This document shows, in pieces, positions 38,401 through 47,500 of a DNA stretch of 64,000 nucleotides. Positions within the stretch are counted from its first letter, which is position 1, and the number at the start of each line of letters is the position of its first letter. Position numbers and translations under genes: made by a program. The notes below the pieces were generated by a model, which saw only the letters and a program-made list of their open reading frames with translations, ran no database searches and had not been told where the DNA came from. The stretch is from a virus (Duplodnaviria > Caudoviricetes): positions 828-64,827 of the IMG/VR virus record IMGVR_UViG_3300008116_000041; one strand, 5' to 3'.

Positions 38401-40307
38401 ACGTTAAGAACTGATGGGTGGTCAACAATAATCTTCCACGAGAGTGTACCTGTTCTTTGTGTCGATTTATAGGTGTAAATTGGTTCAGGTCTTCCTAAGA
38501 ACTCAGATGTGTTCCAACCTGTACTTACATTTTCATTAACAGTTAAACCATAAGGAGGGAACCACATTACTCTACCTCCATTAGGCCCTTTCTCACAATC
38601 CGCAAGATCTTCGAACATTTTCGATGTTCTCCACGCCAAGTTCTCAATCGAGAACATATATTTCTTTGCATAAGCCCCATTAGCACCACCAATAAGATTA
38701 CTTGAGTCTTGTCCCCCGTTTCTTCTGTTTGGAGCAATGTTCAGGTTGTATGTTTTATCGAACACCGAATAAGAGAATCTACGTCCCTCAGTTGTCATAC
38801 CATCAGTCTTCTGTAAATCGTTATACTGTAGGAATGGAGTATCTTTGGTAAAGACCCTACAATATTCTGCACCTACCTCATTTCCAATTTCACCTACATA
38901 CGAAATTACTCTCGAACCTTTCGTCATTTCTTTGTATCCATCACTGAATACTTTACTTACTTGATCTATGGCATTTCCTACATGTTCAAATCTTTTTGCA
39001 CCCGCTGGCTGACTTTCTACAATTCTCTGTGTTTCGTCCAAGATAGATCCTGTTCTGAATCTGAATCTTGTCGAGTTTGAGTCGTCATAAGTAGAGGGGT
39101 CAAAATCAGGATCTTCTCCCATTTCCTTACCACCAGGACCTACGTATTTTCCAGCATTCCTTTTGTATTTTGGTGACACCCAAGTCATTCCACCTTCTAT
39201 ACCACCACCATCTACATATGGCACTCCCGCAGGACCTAAACCTGGTGACTGTTCAACTCCTTCATATAGTTGAGCTAACTCAGATGGGCCATAAACAGGG
39301 GATTGTATAGGTCTTCCAAAGTGGTCTGTTGGTAAATCACCAATTGGTGAAAACACCATAGATGGATCCGAGGTTCTAGATCCAACGTAATAGTTTGAAC
39401 TATTTGCTTGACCTCCAACAATTGCACCTCCCAATCTATCGAAGAAGTTTCTGTCATAATCAGGTTTGAACCTGTTCATGTCAATGTTCTTGAACAGAAC
39501 ACTTTTTTGACCAGGACCTGTGTTACTTAAGAACTTTTGAGAACCTGAATCCGCAGATCCAAGTAATCTGGCAAAGAATTTTCCTATACCTGATTGAGTG
39601 ACAAAAGAAAAAGCTTTCTCAATTTGTTGTATTGTTGTTGGTTGTCCAAGTCTTATTTCTGTGTCCCAATAAGAACCTGGAATTGGTGAAAAAGGAATAT
39701 AACTTCCTGCTAATCTCACGGCTAAATCTACTGCCGACAATAAAGGATTTGCCGGTTGGGTAATTTGATAATTCGGCTCGATAAGAGGAATTCTGTTTGT
39801 TAGAACTCCGAAAAGATTACTACCACTTGCCGCCCCCGCAATGTTTGCTCTACCGACAGTTCGTTGGTATATTTCTACCGCAATTCTTTCTTCAAAAAGT
39901 TTTTTAAGTTGTGTTGCACCAATCTTGGCAATGAATGAATCTGAACTCAAAAGACCATTGGAACCTAATGGATCTCTATCGAATAATATGTCAACAGGTT
40001 CATAAAATGATGAATTGAAGTTTGGATATGGTTCAAACTCTGATTCCTTAATTACAGTTCCTGTGGAATATTCGAATGGTGTATCTGGAGAATAAACATT
40101 GAATCTAGCCATTCTGTCATTGAAGACAACCAATCCATAACCCGATGGGTCTGGTTGACTGTCTACAACCGCTTGGTCAGTCAGTACTGTTGGGTAAGCA
40201 ACCTGATTTGGGTCGACGTATGGGGCCAACTTGTATGATCTCAGATTTCTTGTTAGAAGTCGTTTTCTGAAGGCTTCTGTACTACCGTAATCTAATGGGC
40301 TAGGCAT
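35418..40307 (-). CDS. Tail tube initiator (gp48/gp54-like) with inserted OmpA-like domain
   Basis: WNTSEFLGRPEPIYTYKSTQRTGTLSWKI and APPILILRVGDFY...PMIANITLGF tube-fold halves flank VYFENDIP...GGAS...YNNELGQRRGQSL...CRRAKI. Confidence 0.7.
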   Translation of the reverse strand: MPSPLDYGSTEAFRKRLLTRNLRSYKLAPYVDPNQVAYPTVLTDQAVVDSQPDPSGYGLVVFNDRMARFNVYSPDTPFEYSTGTVIKESEFEPYPNFNSSFYEPVDILFDRDPLGSNGLLSSDSFIAKIGATQLKKLFEERIAVEIYQRTVGRANIAGAASGSNLFGVLTNRIPLIEPNYQITQPANPLLSAVDLAVRLAGSYIPFSPIPGSYWDTEIRLGQPTTIQQIEKAFSFVTQSGIGKFFARLLGSADSGSQKFLSNTGPGQKSVLFKNIDMNRFKPDYDRNFFDRLGGAIVGGQANSSNYYVGSRTSDPSMVFSPIGDLPTDHFGRPIQSPVYGPSELAQLYEGVEQSPGLGPAGVPYVDGGGIEGGMTWVSPKYKRNAGKYVGPGGKEMGEDPDFDPSTYDDSNSTRFRFRTGSILDETQRIVESQPAGAKRFEHVGNAIDQVSKVFSDGYKEMTKGSRVISYVGEIGNEVGAEYCRVFTKDTPFLQYNDLQKTDGMTTEGRRFSYSVFDKTYNLNIAPNRRNGGQDSSNLIGGANGAYAKKYMFSIENLAWRTSKMFEDLADCEKGPNGGRVMWFPPYGLTVNENVSTGWNTSEFLGRPEPIYTYKSTQRTGTLSWKIIVDHPSVLNVIVNKVLKDQTKKNIIDGLINSFMAGCTKYDLYELAKKYATINRSDLYEIQRMLTNPTVTKEEILEANAQLNVGIPAPTNKTNPSPEQKDTTPSLDQYKNSAVYFENDIPKKGAVGSYGGYYTTYVSPTNQATYTKNATGPNGKKDTSATQQVQNMFSSGVIESFKKLNNTSTFYNELKKILDDGYSVVIDIEGGASAPATANYNNELGQRRGQSLVEYYKETDLKKYITDKKTLTFNIRSVGEQGTTDAGGAPQAGVTNVQTLGTNQINCTSGKGDVGDKDIYTRNAMACRRAKITNIRVVPKPSDPQQNITTTQTISAAVPAGQAPQAIQGSSQTNVQGPVETVTEVQRDNITKRVLRKFLTECDYFEVIKEETPMVYDNLKDKLQFFDPAFHSMTPEGLNSRLTFLQQCMRPGESIPTIKEVNGQTTIQYDQAMNTAFGAPPILILRVGDFYNIKIAPTSLGITYEPLLDINPEGIGVQPMIANITLGFNFLGGAGLKEPVDKLQNALSFNYYANTEIYDERADATDIESAQALDAEFIKSVQANETLNNLNAVNSNDAYNGKGNSETIGVITRRAINDSQLDTGDINYKDIMNVLLDSSQTFFTNTINQSKTIVSQYGGVMLQQWGYQRYYMEGLINSDGVTANNLIGKSQNIEKRMNKFFTDYETSINNGSNGFINYLESTNFNFSNKLIRVVKKNFASYINERRSNYYNSITKIIQETTQQQLNLTAILNRLNVLYQDSGTFLYDGYALQNGTIKMYQCASTTEVDPSSQNPPNTNTYIEMQNDITKVAVALKSFNEKIATDYSYNITAGSIKGSVIKNGLNNQGGLETNVFEALTNPQNPVGSGFFWNENGVTNKIGYMIMNNVILDDKEYQNFRSKILNDIVNKAELKGDGNQEIARVFDDYWKDKIKPLYQAETKATQTLIEKFEKEKVADFMKFTPYTKNKPRKFVFTQLTSPTENQKNSIKNLGKTVNTNTSNKTWNDKVKFN

Positions 40308-40321
40308 TCAGTTTGTTTTAT

Positions 40322-40329
40322 AATAAATA
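40322..40329 (-). promoter_or_regulatory. Putative late promoter motif TATTTATT
   Basis: 14 nt upstream of ATG 40307. Confidence 0.55.
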
Positions 40330-40345
40330 GGGAAAAGCTAATTTT

Positions 40346-42139
40346 TTATTTCTTTGCCTTTTCAAGTATGGATTGTCCCGTAGCGTCTTTCATTGTGGAC
40401 AATAATGTATAAAGTTTCTTAGAACCTTCTTGTGATTCAACCCACTTCTCAATTGTTCTGACAACTTGTGGGTCCATACTACCGTCAGATTTGAATTCGA
40501 AAGTAATTTTACCGTCGTGTGTCACGGTCTTGGACTCTGTAACTTGGGCAGACTTTGTCATTTTACCAAGATCCATCGTAGACTTCATTCCTTTTTGGAA
40601 TTCTCCTCTTGCAGAAGACCCAGGTTTCAAGTAACCACTAATCATTTTTCCTAACTCACTTCTATCATCTTTGAATTTTTCGTAAACAGAATCCATCAAT
40701 TTTTCGGGGAGGGTTCCCATCTTATCTGCAAATTGAGAAATATCAACTCCTGATCCTTTGAGTTTGTCCATCAATTCTTTTCCTACATCTTGGAATGATT
40801 TGTTACCTTGTATTACATCGGCCATCGATTTACCCAACTCAGTGATTGCCTTTCCTGTCACATTCTGTATATCCTTTGTTTCAGGAGCAATCTTTTGAAG
40901 AGCATCTGTTACACTTTCCCCTAACTTCCTTGTTATTTCGGGTATTTGTCTTACACCATCTGCTCCGGCAACACCATAAACAATTCTGTTTCTTATTGAG
41001 GCAATATCTCCAGCCATTACCTTTCCTGTATCCATCTGAGCCTTAGCAATTTCTTCCATTGTTTTCGGCTCTTTCTTATTTTGTTCAACAGCTTGTTTGA
41101 GTTGTTCTTCAGATAAGTCACGTATATTTTTGAATACCTCTTCACCCTTTTCATCTCTTACTTTGATTTGGTATTCACCACCTTTCATTTCAGCAATACT
41201 TGAGATGTACATCTTATCTTCTTCGGATAAATTACCAGCAAATCTTATTTGTGAAAATAATCTTTCGGAGTTAGCTGCCGCTAATCCCATCTTAGTGAAA
41301 TTATCGTAAGACATTCCAGCAGCCTTCGCCAGCTCTTTCATCTGTCTGATTCCACCTGGATCTATCTTGAACGATTTCGTTTTTTCGTCAAATATTGTGA
41401 ATTTCTTTGCAGCTTCCGCCAAAGACATTTGTAGACCCGCAGGATCATTTATTGAAGCATTCATCAATGCAAAAGGATCTGACAACGCACCAACAGAAAT
41501 TCCCAATCTTTGGAATGCGGCTGCGGTTTCTATCGCTCCTTCTGGTTCAAAAACTTTTTCCGCGAAGTTTTCGGCATCTCTCATATTCGCCCTCAACATT
41601 GCGGATTGTGCTGCCATTTTGGTCAATCCAAGTACTCCTCCGTCAAAGTTGAACCTGTTCAGTAACTCGGCATTGTTAACAACGTCTCCCATTATCTGTT
41701 GGGTATTCATACCAATAGATTGTACGTAATTAACAGCTCCGACCATATTTTCCTGAACATTTCCAAATTGGATACCCACATCAGCCATTGTAGAGACTAT
41801 ACTCTCAACATCCTTCCCTAAAACCTTTGAAGTTGTAAACAACTCGGTGATTGCCTCACTTGAAGCAATAACATTCTTTTTTAAAGCACTTGACGTGTCA
41901 ATAATAGTCTGAGTGGCATCCTTCGCGGTTCCACCTACTTTGTTCAATTCAGGAGTGGCTAAAGATATTTCACGGACAGCATCACTTATACGCTGTCTCA
42001 TTTGACCAAAGGTCCTATTCACATCACTCGCATAAAGATTCAGATTCTGAATAGCATCAGCAATTTCACCAGGAATTTTGGCAAACTTTTTCAGTTCCTC
42101 ATCATATGTTCCTAACGAATCTAAATCTTCTCCAGCCAT
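40346..42139 (-). CDS. Tape measure protein
   Basis: 597 aa helical Ala/Gly/Met/Lys-rich ORF directly after the tail chaperone pair and before the tube initiator. Confidence 0.8.
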   Translation of the reverse strand: MAGEDLDSLGTYDEELKKFAKIPGEIADAIQNLNLYASDVNRTFGQMRQRISDAVREISLATPELNKVGGTAKDATQTIIDTSSALKKNVIASSEAITELFTTSKVLGKDVESIVSTMADVGIQFGNVQENMVGAVNYVQSIGMNTQQIMGDVVNNAELLNRFNFDGGVLGLTKMAAQSAMLRANMRDAENFAEKVFEPEGAIETAAAFQRLGISVGALSDPFALMNASINDPAGLQMSLAEAAKKFTIFDEKTKSFKIDPGGIRQMKELAKAAGMSYDNFTKMGLAAANSERLFSQIRFAGNLSEEDKMYISSIAEMKGGEYQIKVRDEKGEEVFKNIRDLSEEQLKQAVEQNKKEPKTMEEIAKAQMDTGKVMAGDIASIRNRIVYGVAGADGVRQIPEITRKLGESVTDALQKIAPETKDIQNVTGKAITELGKSMADVIQGNKSFQDVGKELMDKLKGSGVDISQFADKMGTLPEKLMDSVYEKFKDDRSELGKMISGYLKPGSSARGEFQKGMKSTMDLGKMTKSAQVTESKTVTHDGKITFEFKSDGSMDPQVVRTIEKWVESQEGSKKLYTLLSTMKDATGQSILEKAKK

Positions 42140-42152
42140 GACTGTATTTTCT

Positions 42153-42160
42153 TATAAATA
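42153..42160 (-). promoter_or_regulatory. Putative late promoter motif TATTTATA
   Basis: 13 nt upstream of tape measure ATG. Confidence 0.6.
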
Positions 42161-42165
42161 GAAGA

Positions 42166-42184
42166 GGGACCAATTTTAGGTCCC
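42166..42184 (-). terminator. Hairpin over stop codon of frameshift ORF
   Basis: GGGACC-UAAAAUU-GGUCCC followed by UCUUCUAUUU. Confidence 0.45.
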
Positions 42185-42358
42185 ATCTTTTTTATTATCT
42201 TCAATCCACTTTTCAAGTAGATACTTCCTCACAAAAACTGGCATAATCAAAAAATCCTGCCAACTGATCTTCATTAATGTACTCAAATAATAGAATTCAT
42301 CAATTTGAGATTTTCTATAATCAGAAGAAAGGACGAAAAAAGTCCACCCCAAAGCCAA
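42176..42358 (-). CDS. Tail assembly chaperone C-terminal (frameshift) ORF
   Basis: Only a TTG start; overlaps upstream ORF in +1 frame across TTTTTTC; EFYYL...ISWQDFLIMPVFVRKYLL resembles chaperone GT-type extensions. Confidence 0.75.
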   Translation of the reverse strand: MALGWTFFVLSSDYRKSQIDEFYYLSTLMKISWQDFLIMPVFVRKYLLEKWIEDNKKDGT

Positions 42359-43064
42359 CGAATACGGTTAGCTTATCTCCTGATGGGGTTGTTACAACAC
42401 GTTGCATATCAAGTCTTGGCTCGTTGTCATCCAAGAATTTTCTTATGTGTTTGGAATCCGCAATCATCATCCTACTCACGAACTGAGCAATCTGTGCTCT
42501 ATCTCTTGACCCATCAACCTCAACAATTTGTCTCTCGAGTCTCCATGTGATTCTTGGTGCTGGTCTACCTTTTGGATATTGGTCAACCATTGCAGAAATT
42601 TCATTTATTTGTCCGAGTGTGAGTGGTCTAATTTTCACAACACTGTTGGATACGGGTAATGTAGTTTCGAATAAACCTTCCGCATCAGGTTCGACCCCCT
42701 TTTTAATATTCAACTCTGCCAATGAAACAACCGCTTCGAAACTTTTATTAGTTTTAGGATCGTTCACTGTCATTTGAATTTCAGGTCCGAAAGATGTGTT
42801 TCTCAAGAAAATAAGGATTGCCTCGATATCTGTTTCAACCAAGTCTTCAGGTTTCATATCAGGTTCATATAACTTAGCCCTGATGAGGTCCATTGTTAGA
42901 TTGGTTCCTCCACCCAAGATGATATTTTCATCGTTTGCAGTGAGATATCCAACCTTAACTGCAGATTTTTTGTTCTTATAAAAAACACCACCCGATGGTA
43001 AAGGCACCACGTCATGAGGTAGGTTTAAATTTTGTGTCGCGTATTGTTGTGTTTGACTATCCAT
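42321..43064 (-). CDS. Tail assembly chaperone / baseplate hub assembly protein (T4 gp26-like)
   Basis: VPLPSGGVFY, YLTANDENII, AILIFLRNTSFG, C-terminal DFFRP; lies between tube and tape measure. Confidence 0.85.
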   Translation of the reverse strand: MDSQTQQYATQNLNLPHDVVPLPSGGVFYKNKKSAVKVGYLTANDENIILGGGTNLTMDLIRAKLYEPDMKPEDLVETDIEAILIFLRNTSFGPEIQMTVNDPKTNKSFEAVVSLAELNIKKGVEPDAEGLFETTLPVSNSVVKIRPLTLGQINEISAMVDQYPKGRPAPRITWRLERQIVEVDGSRDRAQIAQFVSRMMIADSKHIRKFLDDNEPRLDMQRVVTTPSGDKLTVFVGFGVDFFRPFF

Positions 43065-43096
43065 AAAAAAAACCGTGGAGTTTTGTCTCCACGGTT
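43065..43096 (-). terminator. Intrinsic terminator after tail tube gene
   Basis: AACCGUGGAG-ACAAAA-CUCCACGGUU then U-run abutting the next ATG. Confidence 0.85.
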
Positions 43097-43128
43097 AAAT
43101 ATAAACTGACTTTACTTTTTTTAAAGAA

Positions 43129-43617
43129 TTAATATACAAGAACACATCTATCCATTCTCAAAGTTGTAGAAATGTTTGCCAACGCATCTTGTGAATAAGA
43201 TAAAGCGTTGAAGTTAACATCTGTTAAGAAAGTTCCATAAAGGATCCATTTCTCAACAACAACTCCTGTTGGGTCCAACATTTCAAGGTCAATATCTTTC
43301 TTGTAACCTGCTGCGTATCCCATACGTCCTGTTACAGACTCAGCGTGTAAACGAACCCACTCCATAAGAGCTTGAGCCGCTGAAGGTCCAATTGGGTCAC
43401 GGAAGGTTACAGGGATTGTTTGCCATGTAAATCTACCAGCAACATAAGTTGATGTATTAAGGAATTGAATTTCCGTCGCATTGATTGTAATGTGAGGTCT
43501 GGCCGCGGATTCCACGAACCACTCATTTATACCCAAAGTCGAAGGGAATCTCAGAATAAATCTATTCTGACGTTTCGGTTCGTAGGGTATCGGCATTTTC
43601 ATCAGTAAGTCAGCCAT
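43129..43617 (-). CDS. Tail tube protein (T4 gp19-like)
   Basis: YEPKRQNRF, YVAGRFTW, DPIGPSAAQALMEW, YKKD, VVEKWILYG motifs. Confidence 0.92.
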   Translation of the reverse strand: MADLLMKMPIPYEPKRQNRFILRFPSTLGINEWFVESAARPHITINATEIQFLNTSTYVAGRFTWQTIPVTFRDPIGPSAAQALMEWVRLHAESVTGRMGYAAGYKKDIDLEMLDPTGVVVEKWILYGTFLTDVNFNALSYSQDALANISTTLRMDRCVLVY

Positions 43618-43649
43618 AATATATTAATTTTTGTTTTTGTGTTTATAAG

Positions 43650-43657
43650 TATAAATA
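43650..43657 (-). promoter_or_regulatory. Putative late promoter motif TATTTATA
   Basis: 32 nt upstream of tube ATG. Confidence 0.6.
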
Positions 43658-43708
43658 TATCCCCGAAAATTTTTTTCTATTTACTTATTCGGTGAAAAAA
43701 GATATTCA

Positions 43709-44530
43709 TTATTCCATTCTAGATTTCTTTCCAGTTCCAGTATAATAAGTTTTAACAATATTATCTGGATCTTTATCAAACCTTTTCTTCATTACTTCTA
43801 CATTTCTAATGTCATCATCAGAAAATCCAATACTAGGTGTGAATTTATTTGCAATGTCTTTTTTAAGGAATGCTCTTTTGTTTAATAAAGCCGCCATGGC
43901 TTTGATGTAGTTTACAAACCCCTCCATTGCCTCGACCTTCGCCTCTTCAGGATTCTTCGCAGCTCCTTCATCTCCAAAAGACACGGGGTGGTATTTGTTG
44001 AGTTCTAAATATGTCTTGATTAATTCGTCGTCCGTCATTTCTTCTTCACCCACAAATGAACGGTACTTCTTAAGGTTCTTTAATAACTCCTCCTTACTTA
44101 TACCATTAAAATTATTTATGATATAATTGTAAACGGCTTGTTTAATTGTATTTGGATTGTGACCTCTTGCAGTGATGATAGAAAAAATTGAACCATTGTT
44201 GATAGCTTCTCTGAAATCATCGAATGCTGGTCCTTGTTTTGCTTTCATTGCATCTATCAGGAACTGTTTATCTCCTGCTGTTCTGAAGTTTCTAAACGGA
44301 TCTTCAGCAAGACCAACAATTACATCACCTTTATAATCAAAATTCTCTTTACCTATTTTACCTCTATACTCGGCAAAATCTGCGGTAGACATACCAATCT
44401 CATCACCATCTTCAGTTTTGAGTACAATTTCAGTTGGCATATGAACAATATTGTCGTCCCAATCAAATGCGTAATATTTCATATCGGGACTTCCTTTTTC
44501 CGTAAAACCTTCCCTAAATTCTTTTTTCAT
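43709..44530 (-). CDS. HAD-superfamily phosphatase-like protein
   Basis: Motif I AFDWDDN, motif II IITARG, motif III K, motif IV FSDDD. Confidence 0.7.
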   Translation of the reverse strand: MKKEFREGFTEKGSPDMKYYAFDWDDNIVHMPTEIVLKTEDGDEIGMSTADFAEYRGKIGKENFDYKGDVIVGLAEDPFRNFRTAGDKQFLIDAMKAKQGPAFDDFREAINNGSIFSIITARGHNPNTIKQAVYNYIINNFNGISKEELLKNLKKYRSFVGEEEMTDDELIKTYLELNKYHPVSFGDEGAAKNPEEAKVEAMEGFVNYIKAMAALLNKRAFLKKDIANKFTPSIGFSDDDIRNVEVMKKRFDKDPDNIVKTYYTGTGKKSRME

Positions 44531-44538
44531 GTTTGGCT

Positions 44539-44562
44539 AAAAAGGGGGGAACTAGTCCCCCC
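44539..44562 (-). terminator. Intrinsic terminator after tail sheath gene
   Basis: GGGGGGA-CUAGU-UCCCCCC then UUUUU. Confidence 0.85.
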
Positions 44563-44570
44563 ATATTTTA

Positions 44571-47500
44571 TTAGATATTTTCGAAAGTCGCACCTGCTGG
44601 TGTAATCAAGAATTCGATATCGATGAATTCAAGAGACTTCGTAGGTTTAAGATAAATTTTACCTGTTAGTGTATTTCTGTCAAGATCTTCAGGAGATGAA
44701 GAAACTGTTACACGGAAATCGTAAACACCTCTGTCTCTTCTGATTGAATCCATGATAGGGTTCACACTATCCAAGAATTGTTGTCTTACGATCTCGTCGT
44801 TTTGTTCGAACAACAATCTTACTGCTACTGCCGAAATCAACTTACGAGCTTGTAATAGAAGTCTTCTAACATTAAGTCTATCAAGAGCAGATTCTGCAAC
44901 TTGTAGAGTTTTGTTACCCCAAATTACTGTACCTACATCAGAGAAGGTTGCGATTGGGTTAATTCTTCCTTGATACAAGGTATCTCTGTTTTCTTGAGTT
45001 AGTTTGATTCTCGCTTTGATTGAATTAACAAGACCTCTTGTGTAACCCGCTGATGCGTACCATGGGAAAGCAATGTTGTCTGTCAATGCTAAGTTTCTAC
45101 AAACTTCACCTGTTGCAGGAATATAAAGTTGTGTGTTATTAACAGTATCTCTAGTTAAGATCCAAGGATAGTATGTCGCTGTATAGTTAGAGTCGATACC
45201 TGTTTCTTCCAAATTGTTTACCGCTTCGGTTGGGTAAATTAAACCTACGTTATCGTAAGTTGTTGGTAGGAACATATCATAGTCAGGAGTAGTACAGATA
45301 TAGATAGAATCTGCTCTGTCATCCTCAACCATGTCAACTGAGTATTCAACAAGACCACTATTGTTTACATAATCAATACCAGGAGTAACAAACACGTTAA
45401 TGTTAGTTGCTTCAGGATTTGCAAATGTTGTAATACCCAATTGGTATGCGTAGTAGTCACTACTTCCCCAATTTGATACGTTATCACCGTATGCATAATC
45501 TCTGAAAGCTCCCCATCCTGTTGCTGAAGGATATCTTGAAGTAGGACAAGCACCTTTTAAGTAACCTGAAGCACCTAAGATATATTCATCAGTATTTGTT
45601 CTTGATTCTCTGTAGATATCCCAACCATCGAATCCACCTGCAAAACATAGTGTGAACTTTCTTGCGAAGATTCTGTAGTAAGGATTCTCAGGAGAAGTTG
45701 GTTCAGAGTTGAAACTAGCATCTCCAACCTCAAATGCTGTTTGACCACTGGTCATGAATGTATTTGCAATTGTAACAACAGTCGCACCTGAATCCATGTG
45801 GAAACCTTTGGTTCTATAATTGAAAGGAATTTCAGCGTTTGTACCACAATGGTTAGCTATGTTTTGGAATCCTTTAAATTGTAAGAACGATTCATCAATA
45901 CCAATTGTATTAGAGAAACCTAAGAAAGTTCTTCTTACGTTATCACCTGAACTTGTAACCACATTAGATCCACCATTAGTTGTTCCAAAAGGAGGGTTGT
46001 AAATTACTTGACCAGGGAAATTATATGCTGTCTTATAAATTGGGATTGGTGATTGAGTATTACCTTGATAATCTCTCATAGTATAACCCTCGAATCCACA
46101 AGGAAGTGCATCGATTGGATATTCTTCTGATAACTCAATCATGATGTATGCTGAATTCAGAGGATACTCCCCATCTGAAGAACCAATTTTCTTAGCCACG
46201 AATGAGTTAGAATTTGGATCCATTGTACAGTTAGTGTATTTCTCAAGAACTACAGGATTAGCATCTGTATCGAAGAACGATCTAACCATGATATCAAATG
46301 TCGAGTTATTGAACGACATGTTCATGATTGAGATTTTAACTTGCGTATTCGCTGCGTCTCCATCAGAGATAGAAACGAATTTGAAAAGATTATAAACTTT
46401 ATTACCTCTAAGTTCAGAAACAACCCAAGGTGTTCTTGGACTTTGGTATTGGAATAGGTTGTTAGCGATTGATGTCAAATCTCCGTTTCTAGCTTCTGGT
46501 AAAGCTACGAACTCAGAATTGATACCACGAATGTAACCGTTATTGTAAGACCAGTTTAACATTGTTTGATAAACTTCCTCCACGAATACAGGAACATCCA
46601 ATCTTGATTTTGAGAAATTAGAAATACTCAATACTTTTGTAATATATTCGGAGTCTGAAGATTGGAACGAAGTCTCAAATGAGAAATTGTCACCTTCATA
46701 AGTTGTACCCGTAATTGCAAAAGTTGAGTATGGATTTGAAGTCAATCCTGAATATGAACCTGAAATATCCAATCCAAGATCTGTTAAACCAGATACTTGA
46801 TATCTTGGACCCGCAGTTGTTGCATTATAAAGCGAAATACCTCTTGATCTCAAAGTAGCAACAACAACGTTGTCGTACTCAGAGTAAGAAGTACCTGAAT
46901 AATAATAAACCGAACCTGACATAGCACCTGAGAAAGTAGCATATGTTGCTGAACCTTGACCATTAATTGTTGATACGTAGTTCAAGAATGAATAACCACT
47001 ATATCCTGTCTGAGAAGTATTTGGTTTGTCGAAGGTTGCGTAATACCACTCATCGTTTGATTCTGCGGAGAACACAATATTAGAGTTATCCAAATCACTT
47101 ACACTGAAAACGTTAGTAACATCTGTGTATGTACCACCCGTCAAATCTATTAGATCTTGTGTATCAATAGCACCATACACATACAAACTCGATCCTGAAG
47201 TTGATCCCGAAGCGTTTGCAATACCCATAATTTGAGCCTCGATATCATCTCTTAAAGATGAAGTCGAACCGTTATTTTGAGTATACGGTGTATCAAGGTT
47301 ATTCCAAATAATACTTGGCATTGTACCTTGAGTTAGATTTATTGTCCCTCCACTGTTTCCTGAGAAACTATAGACGAAATCTACAGAAGAACCTGAAGTT
47401 CCAATTGTATTAGGATTCACATTTGCTATTGTTGTGAATGACCATGAAGGACCCGCATCATATCCTGATAAACCAAGAATTCTTGTAACGAACAATTGGT

